Source: a virus (lineage: Duplodnaviria; Caudoviricetes). Taken from it: DNA of 38,853 nt. Below the pieces are notes generated by a model. The model did no database searches and was not told the origin of the DNA. It was given only the letters and a program-made list of their open reading frames with translations. Position 1 is the first letter of the stretch; every line of letters starts with the position of its first letter. Below are positions 8,576 through 16,845 of the stretch, piece by piece. Location of the stretch: the IMG/VR virus record IMGVR_UViG_3300002171_000004, positions 1 to 38,853 of that record. One strand, 5' to 3'. Made by a program: the position numbers and the translations under genes.

Positions 8576-8924
8576 TGGCTTCTTGTAGGGTGTGAGATAT
8601 GGTTCTTAGATTAGTCTCTTCCCACCTCATACCCTACCAAAAGTTATTAATTCTTTAACAATTTAGTTCTGCCAACTGGATCGTAGAGTTGCTCCTACCG
8701 TTCTAGTCAACGTGCAGGTCGCACCTCAGTCAACCAAGGCCTTTAGTTGATTGAGATATACTAGACAAAACTGTGGACCTGTCAGGACCATTGGTAGAAC
8801 TAAGTTTTTAAAACTTAAAATTTAGGTCAGGAAAGCAAACGGAGCATGGGAAGGCTCAATGATAAGAGACTAAGTGAAGCGATTCACTGAAGGACTCACC
8901 TGATACCGCACCCGCCTAAATTTT
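8572..8924 (+). ncRNA. Cluster of three structured RNA domains, family unassigned
   Basis: Three consecutive long closing stems (8572-8650, 8663-8803, 8817-8924); G-U wobbles indicate the + strand; GCGA tetraloop and loop-loop complementarity. Confidence 0.7.
8651..8661 (+). promoter_or_regulatory. boxA-like antitermination motif
   Basis: TTCTTTAACAA between RNA domains 1 and 2, versus the boxA consensus CTCTTTAACAA. Confidence 0.5.
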
Positions 8925-8932
8925 TTTAAATT

Positions 8933-9754
8933 ATGGAAGAGATTAAAAATAGATATCATTTTGATGAAAAGATACACGTCCACTACTTGGATGATAAGCC
9001 TTTGTGTGGCACATCTACAGTGGAGAGTGTTTTAGCAAAACCGCTCTCGTGGTGGGCCTCTGGTAAAGCAATGGAATTATTAGGTTGGGTAAATAGAAAT
9101 TTAGAACCTAATGAAGCACTCAGATTAGAATCTTCAACCAAAGTTTTAGAAGAAATTAAAAAGATGGGTCCTAAAACTTATTTGGCACTATTGGATAAAG
9201 CTTATAAAAATCACTCAGTTACCTTAAAAGATTCGGCCACAGCAGGAACCGACCTCCATGCTCTACTTGAAAAGTGGGTTAAATCTAAAATGCAAAATCA
9301 GATTCAAGGCACACCAGTTTGTGATCCTGAAGAACAGATTATGCCATTTGTTGATTGGTGTAATAAATTTGTTAAACGTTTTCTTTGGTCTGAACTTCAT
9401 ACCTATTCTGAGTCATTATGGATTGGAGGAATCACTGACTGTGGAGTAGAAATGATTGATGGAAAAGTTGGAATTATTGATTTTAAGTCAGCTAAGGAAG
9501 TTTATTTTGACCATTTTGTGCAGTGTGGAGGTTATGCTCTACAACTTGAAGAAAACGGGGGTTTTGATGCTAATGGATTTAAAGTTTTTCAATTAGAACA
9601 CAATATTGATTTTATGGCTATTGTTCCTTTTGGAGCCAAGAATATTGTTCCTACCTTAAATAAAAATGGTGAAGGGACCACTGTTGAAGATTTTAAAAAC
9701 TCTTTTAAAGCCTGCTTAACTATTTATAAAAATAAACAAAAATACAATGAGTAA
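8933..9754 (+). CDS. PD-(D/E)XK exonuclease-like protein
   Basis: GTDLH, SE, GGITD, IIDFKS and Q.GGY motifs of the lambda-exo/Cas4-like/RecB-type nuclease fold. Confidence 0.8.
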   Translation: MEEIKNRYHFDEKIHVHYLDDKPLCGTSTVESVLAKPLSWWASGKAMELLGWVNRNLEPNEALRLESSTKVLEEIKKMGPKTYLALLDKAYKNHSVTLKDSATAGTDLHALLEKWVKSKMQNQIQGTPVCDPEEQIMPFVDWCNKFVKRFLWSELHTYSESLWIGGITDCGVEMIDGKVGIIDFKSAKEVYFDHFVQCGGYALQLEENGGFDANGFKVFQLEHNIDFMAIVPFGAKNIVPTLNKNGEGTTVEDFKNSFKACLTIYKNKQKYNE

Positions 9755-12700
9755 TTATATTTGGGTATTAAATCCTAAGGGTAGAATGGTTGAAGTTGAT
9801 GAAACTCTACTGCCAGAGCTTCTTAAAAAAGGTTTTACCAAGGCAGATGGAACTGAAAATACAATTTCCTCCTCCACATTTATTCCTTCCGACCCGAATA
9901 ATGCTGATATAAATTTTATATCAACCTTTTGGGCCAACAATGGTATGGGTAGAGTAGGGGAGGAGATTCTTTTGGCCTTAGACAGATTGGGATTAAAAAT
10001 TAATGTCAAATCACTTTATACCCTAGAAGAGGGACTTCAAACTAGAACACTAGAATTACTTAAGAAAAATTACTCTCCTGCTAAAAAAACCTTAATGTTT
10101 TCCATCCCCCAACCTCTAGAACAATTTCATGATTCAGAAACTTATCTTCATGTTCCTTGGGATACCTCCAAGGCTCCAGATGAATGGGTTACTTTAATTA
10201 ATAAATATTGTAAAAAAGTTTATCCAACTTCACATTTCACAAGGGAAACATTTTTAAACTCAGGAATTAAAGTTCCAATGGAGACAATCAAACATGGAGT
10301 TAATACTAAAAGATTCCCTCTACTTCAAAGAAATTGGGATGGAACTTTTACATTCTTAACTTTTGGTGATATCTCAGTAAGAAAAGGAACTGATGTTTTA
10401 ATTGAAGCTTTTGAAAAAGCTTTTCCACCAAAAATAAGAAATGTAAAACTAATTATTAAAAGTAATAAAACAATGGACTGGGGAAGAATCAGAATCCCAA
10501 ATGATGACAGAATCCAGGTAATTGAAGAATCTTACACTCACCAACAACTTTTACAATTGATGAAGGAATCTCATTGTTTGGTATTTCCAAGTAGGGCTGA
10601 AGGTTTTGGTTTACCAGCTTTAGAAGCTATGTCAACAGGCATGGCCACTATTCTTCATAATTATGGTGGTCTATCCATGATGTGTAATGATAAATATAAT
10701 TTTCCTTGTAAATCAGATGGCACAATGACTCCTCCAGAATGGCATTATCCTGAATCTTATTCTTTAGGTGGAGGTATTGGAACTTGGACCAATCCAGACA
10801 TGAAACACTTGTCTCAGTTAATGAAATTTGTTTATGAACAACGAGACAAGGCTAAAAAGAAAGGAGAATTAGCTTCAGTTTGGGTAAAAAAGAATTGGGA
10901 TTGGGATTCTCAAATTAAAAGACTTTGGGAAGATATGAATCCTGAATTGAAACAAAAAACTTGGGGTGAATTTTATAATGGAGATATTATTACCAAAGGA
11001 AACTGTCAAAGTGCTATCAATTCTCATAAAGAATTTTTTTGGACAATTTTAGGATTTAAACCTAAAAAAATTATTGAGACTGGATGTGGAACTGGTGAAA
11101 TGGCTGCTTGGTTAACTTGGAAAAATAAAGCAATTGAAGGTAAAACTGCTGGAAAAGAAACGATTGAAGAAGTAATTGCTGTTGATGTTGATCCAAAAGT
11201 AATTAAGATTGCTAAGGCTAATATGGAGTCACTAGAAGGCACTGCTAAGATTGTTAAGGCTGATGCTTGGCATTATCAGGAAAAAGCTGATTTAATCTTC
11301 TCACAAGGGCTATTAGAACATTTTAATGACGATGAATTGAGAGATTTAATTAGTCACCAATTAGAACAAGCTCCAGTTTTGGTTCACTCAGTTCCTAACA
11401 GTTTTTACTCCAAAAGAGATTTCGGCAACGAAAGACTTTTAAATAATGAACAATGGTATAAAATTTTTGAAGGTTTTAATTTAACTATCTATAATTATTG
11501 GGAAGAAAATGAACACAAAATTCAAAGTATTTTAATTTTCCAAAGAGATTTTGCTAAAAAAGTTTCTATAATTATGCCTATTTGGAATCAAAAAGAGATT
11601 ACTATTAAGGCAATTGAGGCTTTAAGACAAAATACTCCACAAGATTATGAACTAATTTGTATTGATAATAATTCTAATGATGGGATTGAAAAATGGTTAG
11701 ATCAACAAAAAGACTTAAGAGTAGTTCATTGTTCCCAAAATCTTGGAGTTCCAAAAGCTAAGAATTTAGGAATGGCAATTTCTAGAGGTGAATATTTTTG
11801 CTTTTTAGATAATGATACTGAGGCTGGTAAAGATTGGTTAAAAACAATGTTGTCTGTTTTTGATGATCCTACTGTTGGTTTTACAGGCCATGAAGGTTAC
11901 ATGATTGATTATGAAAATAATAGTTTTTTAGGAACCAAATATAAGACTGAAGTAAATCCTGAATGGATTTCTGGTTCTATTTTTATGTTTCCCAAAAAAT
12001 TAATCAAAGAAGTTGGGATGTTGTTTGATGCTGATCTGTGGTGTGTGGAAGATGTTGATTTTTGTTGCAAGATTAGAAATGTCGGTTATGTTGGAAAATT
12101 ACCAATGGAGCCAGTAAAAATGAAACATTTAGTTAGTGCTACTGCCTCAAAATTAGATTTTAGTGTGGATAGATTTAATAAATGGGCTGGAAAAGTATGG
12201 ACTGAATGGAGAGAATTTTTAATAGCCAATAAGGATGGAGGGGTTAGAATTGATATCGGTGTTGGTGATGCTCCAGCTCCAGGTTATCTTCATGTTGATA
12301 TTCAGAAAAAATATCATGTGGAAGTGATTGCTGATTGTCGTAAACTTCCTTTTGAATCCAATACTTTGGCTGAGGTTAGAAATGCTCATGTGATTGAACA
12401 TTTTACTAGAGTTGAAATGGAAACTATTATTGAAGAATGGATTAGGGTATTAAAAGTTAATGGAATTTTAAGAATAATTTGTCCTGATTTTAGAATGATT
12501 TGTAAAAAGTTTATTAGTGGTGAAATTGATGTAGAAAGAGCCTTGTCTTGGACTTATGGAGGTCAAATTGATAAATATGATTTTCATTTTTGGATGTACA
12601 CTCCAGAAACCTTAACTCAATTATTTATGGCTCATGGACTTACTAATGTTGGCCATAAATATACTAATGAAGGGTGGTTAGAGGTGACAGGGATAAAATT

Positions 12701-13793
12701 AGAAAACAGTGAAAAAAAAACAGCTTCAGAAGTTAGTCAAGAAATTCCTGAAAGTCTTGAGGAGCATATTATTAAGGAAACATTTCCTATTGAAAAAGGA
12801 GAGTTAATTAATGAACCTAAAAATAAAGTCAAAATTGGAGTTTATATTACTCATGTTCATACTTTTGGTGGTGGAGAAAATGTTACTTTTCAAATTTTAA
12901 GTATTTTAGGTAAATTATATCCAGGGCAAGTAGAAGTCATTAGTTCAGAACCTTGGAGAATTAATCCTGAAGATTTTGGTATTGATTTAGGGGGAATTAA
13001 ACAAGTAAAAGAAAAAGGGCAAAATTATGATTTGTTTTTAAATATTTCCCACTTCAAGCTTCATGATCCTATTGGAAAAATAAATTTAGTTTGGATTTTT
13101 TATCCTCAATTTAATTGGCAACCACAACTTAATTGTTATGATGGCTTAATTACCCAATCTAATTTTATTCAAGATGAAATTCAAAAGAAGTGGGGAATGA
13201 AATCACTTTTAGCTTATCCACCAACTAATATTTCTAATTTTAAAATAGGTAAAAAAGAAAAAATAATTTTAACTGTGGGAAGATTTTTTAAGGTTGAAGG
13301 TGGTAATAATAAAAATCATGATGTCATGATTGAAGCTTTCAAAAAATTACCAAAAGATTGGAAAATGATAATGGTGGGGACTGTTCAAGATGAAAATTAT
13401 TTTAAAGAAATTAAAAAATTAGCTGAAGGATTAAATATTGAATTTAAACATGATATTAGTTTTGATGAATTGGTTGAATTATACGCAAAAGCTAAAGTTT
13501 ATTGGCACGCTGCAGGTTTTGGAACTGAGGAGGCCTCCTCTCAAGAACACTTTGGCATGGTAGCAGTTGAGGCTCTTGCCTCTGGATGTCAAACCCTAGT
13601 TTATAATGGTGGGGGAATTTGTCAAATTGATGGAGTTAAACCTTGGACTTCAGTTAATGATCTGGCATTAAAAACAATTAATGCCAATGAAGATTGTGAA
13701 TATTTAAGAAATCAATCTAGAAAATATTCAGTTGAAGCGGTTACTGATTTATGGAAAAAGATAATTGATGGACAACTTAAACAAATCAAATAA
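9747..13793 (+). CDS. Five-domain GT4-methyltransferase-GT2-methyltransferase-GT4 protein
   Basis: FPSRAEGFGLPALEAM (~10584); IETGCGTG (~11076); VSIIMP..N, FLDND and EDVD (from ~11562); IDIGVG, HVIEHF and RVLK.NG.L (from ~12246); EHFGMVAVEA (~13545). Confidence 0.9.
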   Translation: MSNYIWVLNPKGRMVEVDETLLPELLKKGFTKADGTENTISSSTFIPSDPNNADINFISTFWANNGMGRVGEEILLALDRLGLKINVKSLYTLEEGLQTRTLELLKKNYSPAKKTLMFSIPQPLEQFHDSETYLHVPWDTSKAPDEWVTLINKYCKKVYPTSHFTRETFLNSGIKVPMETIKHGVNTKRFPLLQRNWDGTFTFLTFGDISVRKGTDVLIEAFEKAFPPKIRNVKLIIKSNKTMDWGRIRIPNDDRIQVIEESYTHQQLLQLMKESHCLVFPSRAEGFGLPALEAMSTGMATILHNYGGLSMMCNDKYNFPCKSDGTMTPPEWHYPESYSLGGGIGTWTNPDMKHLSQLMKFVYEQRDKAKKKGELASVWVKKNWDWDSQIKRLWEDMNPELKQKTWGEFYNGDIITKGNCQSAINSHKEFFWTILGFKPKKIIETGCGTGEMAAWLTWKNKAIEGKTAGKETIEEVIAVDVDPKVIKIAKANMESLEGTAKIVKADAWHYQEKADLIFSQGLLEHFNDDELRDLISHQLEQAPVLVHSVPNSFYSKRDFGNERLLNNEQWYKIFEGFNLTIYNYWEENEHKIQSILIFQRDFAKKVSIIMPIWNQKEITIKAIEALRQNTPQDYELICIDNNSNDGIEKWLDQQKDLRVVHCSQNLGVPKAKNLGMAISRGEYFCFLDNDTEAGKDWLKTMLSVFDDPTVGFTGHEGYMIDYENNSFLGTKYKTEVNPEWISGSIFMFPKKLIKEVGMLFDADLWCVEDVDFCCKIRNVGYVGKLPMEPVKMKHLVSATASKLDFSVDRFNKWAGKVWTEWREFLIANKDGGVRIDIGVGDAPAPGYLHVDIQKKYHVEVIADCRKLPFESNTLAEVRNAHVIEHFTRVEMETIIEEWIRVLKVNGILRIICPDFRMICKKFISGEIDVERALSWTYGGQIDKYDFHFWMYTPETLTQLFMAHGLTNVGHKYTNEGWLEVTGIKLENSEKKTASEVSQEIPESLEEHIIKETFPIEKGELINEPKNKVKIGVYITHVHTFGGGENVTFQILSILGKLYPGQVEVISSEPWRINPEDFGIDLGGIKQVKEKGQNYDLFLNISHFKLHDPIGKINLVWIFYPQFNWQPQLNCYDGLITQSNFIQDEIQKKWGMKSLLAYPPTNISNFKIGKKEKIILTVGRFFKVEGGNNKNHDVMIEAFKKLPKDWKMIMVGTVQDENYFKEIKKLAEGLNIEFKHDISFDELVELYAKAKVYWHAAGFGTEEASSQEHFGMVAVEALASGCQTLVYNGGGICQIDGVKPWTSVNDLALKTINANEDCEYLRNQSRKYSVEAVTDLWKKIIDGQLKQIK

Positions 13794-14478
13794 TTTAAAA
13801 GTAGCTTATTGGAATACAAATAATAATTTTGGAGATTGTTTAACTCCAATTTTATTAGAAAGGTTATTTGGAATAAAATCTGAATGGGTTGAACCTGAAA
13901 AGGCTGAGTTTGTAGGGATTGGATCACTTCTAGAAACTTTTTCCAAAAATTATAAAGGAATTATTTGGGGAAGTGGAAAAATGTTTGAAGAGTCAGAAAT
14001 TGATTTATCTGAAGCCAAAGTATTAGCTTTAAGAGGAAAATTAACATTAAGCAAAACTAAATGTGAATGCTCTGTTTTTGGTGATCCTGGATTATTGGCC
14101 AAATTAATTGCTCCCACAGGAATTAAAAAAGAATATGAATTTGGAATTATCAATCACTGGAATGATAAGAGACAAAAATATGGAGAGCATAATAATATAA
14201 TTGATATTACTAGTGGAATTGATAATGTTATTTTGGAAACTTTAAAATGTAAAAAAATTGTTACTTCATCACTTCATGGATTGATATTGGCTGATTCTTT
14301 AGGAATACCAAGATTATGGTCTCCAAGTGAGTCAAGTCCTGGTGGTAGTTTCAAATTTGATGATTATCAATCTAATTTTGGAATTAAATTAACTCCATAT
14401 AAATGGTATAAAATTGACCCAAAAAAAGTGGATGAAATTAATAAAAAATTAATTAATAGTTTAAAATCAATTTTATGA
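13765..14478 (+). CDS. Polysaccharide pyruvyl transferase family protein (ExoV-like)
   Basis: NFGD.L, GIGS, IWGSG, ALRGKLT, GDPGLL and SSLHGLILADSLGIP. Confidence 0.85.
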   Translation: MMDNLNKSNNLKVAYWNTNNNFGDCLTPILLERLFGIKSEWVEPEKAEFVGIGSLLETFSKNYKGIIWGSGKMFEESEIDLSEAKVLALRGKLTLSKTKCECSVFGDPGLLAKLIAPTGIKKEYEFGIINHWNDKRQKYGEHNNIIDITSGIDNVILETLKCKKIVTSSLHGLILADSLGIPRLWSPSESSPGGSFKFDDYQSNFGIKLTPYKWYKIDPKKVDEINKKLINSLKSIL

Positions 14479-15113
14479 ATTCAATAGTCACTTTTTGTGC
14501 TGTATTTAGAAATGAAGCCAGTAGATGTAGATATGTACTTGATTTAGCTTCAAAACTTTTTGACAATATAATAATTGCAGTACAAGAATCAGATGATGAA
14601 ACTCTTCAAATCTGTAAAGAATATACCAAGAATATTATTGTGCGACCTTCAGAAGGTCCAGAAGAATCCAAAGATTTTATAATGGAACAAGTAAAAACTC
14701 CTTGGACTTTTTGGTTAGATGCTGATGAATTTCCCTCAATGGGAGTGATTAGAATGTTGGAGAGAGTTGATCCATCAATACTTTTTGGTTATGATTCTGT
14801 TTCTTTTATTAGAACCAATTATATTGATGGTTTAATAATTGAAGGTGGCCAAGGAATTGATCGCCAATACCGAATGATGAGAAATGATGTGAGATGGAAT
14901 CCTAAAGCTCAAGGTAAAGTGATTCACATCCATCCACTTATTAAAAAAACTCTAGAAAGTGATTTAATTATCTACCACCACAGAACTTTAGATAAAGTAA
15001 AAAAAATGACTGAAAGATGGAATAGCTTAGAAAAATCTAGTATTAATGATTGTAATTTATATGTTAAAAATGTGGAGAAAGAACTAAAGGAGAAAAAGAA
15101 TGGAAAAAATTAA
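14475..15113 (+). CDS. Glycosyltransferase family 2
   Basis: RNEA, SDDET and W.FWLDADE (DXD motif). Confidence 0.85.
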   Translation: MNSIVTFCAVFRNEASRCRYVLDLASKLFDNIIIAVQESDDETLQICKEYTKNIIVRPSEGPEESKDFIMEQVKTPWTFWLDADEFPSMGVIRMLERVDPSILFGYDSVSFIRTNYIDGLIIEGGQGIDRQYRMMRNDVRWNPKAQGKVIHIHPLIKKTLESDLIIYHHRTLDKVKKMTERWNSLEKSSINDCNLYVKNVEKELKEKKNGKN

Positions 15114-16113
15114 AGTAAATGCACAATTTTTATCACTAAATTACAAAAGTTTTGAAGGTTGGGGGAGACACCGAGAACTAATTGAATCTCAACTCCAATT
15201 TATGAATGAATCTCCTTATAAATTAGTTTTGGCCAATCCTTATAAAATTGATTTAAAACCTGGAGAAAAAGTAATTTATATGTCCACTTTTGAGGCGGAT
15301 AAATTACCTGATGAATTTATTGGTCCAGCTAATAAAGCAGTGGCAATTATAGTTCCAGATATTTGGGTAAAAAATGTATTCATTAATTCTGGAGTAACGG
15401 TTCCAATTTACATAATTCCCGAAGGAGTAACTGATAACACTGTTTGGCATCCAGAACCAAAGCCTTTTACTTTTTTACACTTTGATGCCACTTCTTATGC
15501 CAATAGAAAAGGTGGAGACATGGTTTTAGATGCTTTCATTAGTGTTTTTGGAAATATGCAAGATAAAGTGAAATTAATAATGAAAGGAAGAAATCATCAT
15601 GTAGCCTCTCCAAAAAAATACAACAATGTGGAATATATTTTTGAAGATTATAATCAAGCTCAAATGGATGATCTTTGGAAAAAGACTAATTGTTTTGTTT
15701 TTCCATCAAGAGGTGAAGGTTTCGGATTACCACCTCTAGAAGCAATGGCTCATGGAATTCCCACCATTGTTACCAGAGGAAGTGCTATGGAGACTTTTTC
15801 TTATTATGCTATTCCTTTAAATGTTATTGGCAAAATTACTGCCACTTATGATGGTTACACTAATTTTGGAAAATGGGATAAACCTGATTCTTTAAAACTG
15901 AGAGAATTAATGTTGATGGTTTATCAAAATTATGAAAAAGAAAAAAGAAATGCAGAATTTAATTCATCAATTATTTGGCAAGATTATAATTTTTCCAATA
16001 TTGCTCCAAAACTAGCCGAATTGATTAATGCTATTATATCTGAGGATAGTAAAAGTAGCATCTCAAGTGAAATCATTAATTCTACGACCTCTAGTGAGGT
16101 CATTATAAAATAA
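15100..16113 (+). CDS. Glycosyltransferase family 4 (GT-B), paralogous to the first domain of the 1348-aa protein
   Basis: FTFLHF...RKG.D..L.AF and FPSRGEGFGLPPLEAMAHG. Confidence 0.88.
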   Translation: MEKIKVNAQFLSLNYKSFEGWGRHRELIESQLQFMNESPYKLVLANPYKIDLKPGEKVIYMSTFEADKLPDEFIGPANKAVAIIVPDIWVKNVFINSGVTVPIYIIPEGVTDNTVWHPEPKPFTFLHFDATSYANRKGGDMVLDAFISVFGNMQDKVKLIMKGRNHHVASPKKYNNVEYIFEDYNQAQMDDLWKKTNCFVFPSRGEGFGLPPLEAMAHGIPTIVTRGSAMETFSYYAIPLNVIGKITATYDGYTNFGKWDKPDSLKLRELMLMVYQNYEKEKRNAEFNSSIIWQDYNFSNIAPKLAELINAIISEDSKSSISSEIINSTTSSEVIIK

Positions 16114-16123
16114 CACCTAATTT

Positions 16124-16516
16124 ATGGCACAAACTATTGATAATTTTGTATTAAAACTAAGAAACTCTAAAAATTCAGAAGAAATTTTAGATATTAGACT
16201 TGAATTGGTTAAATATTTATCTGATTTAAGTGAACAGTACTCATCAAGATTAAGAGAATTTAGCAGTTCAGTAATTAACAACAAAGAAGAATGGTTTAAA
16301 AAATCAATGACTGAATGTATTCACCAAGCAGGAAGAGAAGTGGGTTATGAACACGAAAGGGTGAGGGTGGAAATTGAAGCAGTCAAATCTTTAATTCAAA
16401 CTATTTGCGATATTGATAAGGTTGACCAACTATCACAGGGTGATCATCCTTCTGGTCCTGTGACCACTGTTCCTTCATCCACTTCGGAATTGGGCGATGA
16501 GCCAGGAGAAGAATAA
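16124..16516 (+). CDS. Helical hypothetical protein (weak resemblance to UvsY-like mediators)
   Basis: All-helical amphipathic pattern; last gene of the + arm. Confidence 0.55.
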   Translation: MAQTIDNFVLKLRNSKNSEEILDIRLELVKYLSDLSEQYSSRLREFSSSVINNKEEWFKKSMTECIHQAGREVGYEHERVRVEIEAVKSLIQTICDIDKVDQLSQGDHPSGPVTTVPSSTSELGDEPGEE

Positions 16517-16601
16517 ATATCCAAGTCTGGTAAAAAATGCGATAAGGCAATCTAACTAAATACCAAATAATAAGACCAATACTACCAATTATATTTTTCA
16601 T
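16401..16601 (-). CDS. Small membrane protein overlapping the convergent gene (likely start ATG 16601)
   Basis: MKNIIGSIGLIIWYLVRLPYRIFYQTWIFILLLAH hydrophobic segment; start overlaps the upstream ORF end. Confidence 0.45.
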   Translation of the reverse strand: MKNIIGSIGLIIWYLVRLPYRIFYQTWIFILLLAHRPIPKWMKEQWSQDQKDDHPVIVGQPYQYRK

Positions 16602-16683
16602 GTTGTTTTTGTTTTTTCTGCTTTTTAAATAACTTTTTTCTATGTTTAGCTTCACGTCTTAATCTATCAGCTTTGTTTTCCAT
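16582..16683 (-). CDS. 33-aa very basic peptide (not in the ORF track)
   Basis: MENKADRLRREAKHRKKLFKKQKKQKQHEKYNW; starts 1 nt after the upstream stop. Confidence 0.5.
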   Translation of the reverse strand: MENKADRLRREAKHRKKLFKKQKKQKQHEKYNW

Positions 16684-16684
16684 A

Positions 16685-16843
16685 TTATTTCTTTTTTCTA
16701 TCTCTTTTAAATTCAGCTTGAGTGTGGGTTTTACCAGTTTTCATGTTTTTAGCCTCAACTACTTGGCCTGCTTTGTTAAAGGCTAAACGGACCATACCTT
16801 TTTTTGTTTTTTTCATACCATAAGTGGCATTTTTTATTGGCAT
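16685..16843 (-). CDS. 52-aa basic protein (not in the ORF track)
   Basis: MPIKNATYGMKKTKKGMVRLAFNKAGQVVEAKNMKTGKTHTQAEFKRDRKKK; starts 2 nt after the upstream stop. Confidence 0.65.
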   Translation of the reverse strand: MPIKNATYGMKKTKKGMVRLAFNKAGQVVEAKNMKTGKTHTQAEFKRDRKKK

Positions 16844-16845
16844 AA

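Noticed and set aside
8572-8924. tRNA, SAM-I, cobalamin or glycine riboswitch, SRP RNA or hammerhead assignment
   Set aside because: Only fragments resemble these families (TGGGAAGGC, CACTGAAGG, TCAGG). There is no T-loop or cloverleaf and no complete conserved core, so it is left unassigned
8933-9754. Cas4 call
   Set aside because: No four-Cys Fe-S cluster pattern and no CRISPR context; a generic phage exonuclease is more likely
851-14153. Short - strand ORFs in the track (851, 3412, 4135, 4857, 7709, 9755, 11024, 12219, 13712, 13950) and the nested + ORF at 9258
   Set aside because: They lie antisense to or inside well-supported genes and show no motifs or initiation signals
16086-16101. 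GACCTC-TAGT-GAGGTC palindrome at the end of the GT4 gene
   Set aside because: Only 6-bp arms and a single occurrence, which is plausible by chance
9747-16113. DNA hypermodification or O-antigen conversion as the main call
   Set aside because: No base-hydroxymethylation or nucleotide-precursor genes and no membrane GT or flippase are recognisable. Not excluded, but less supported
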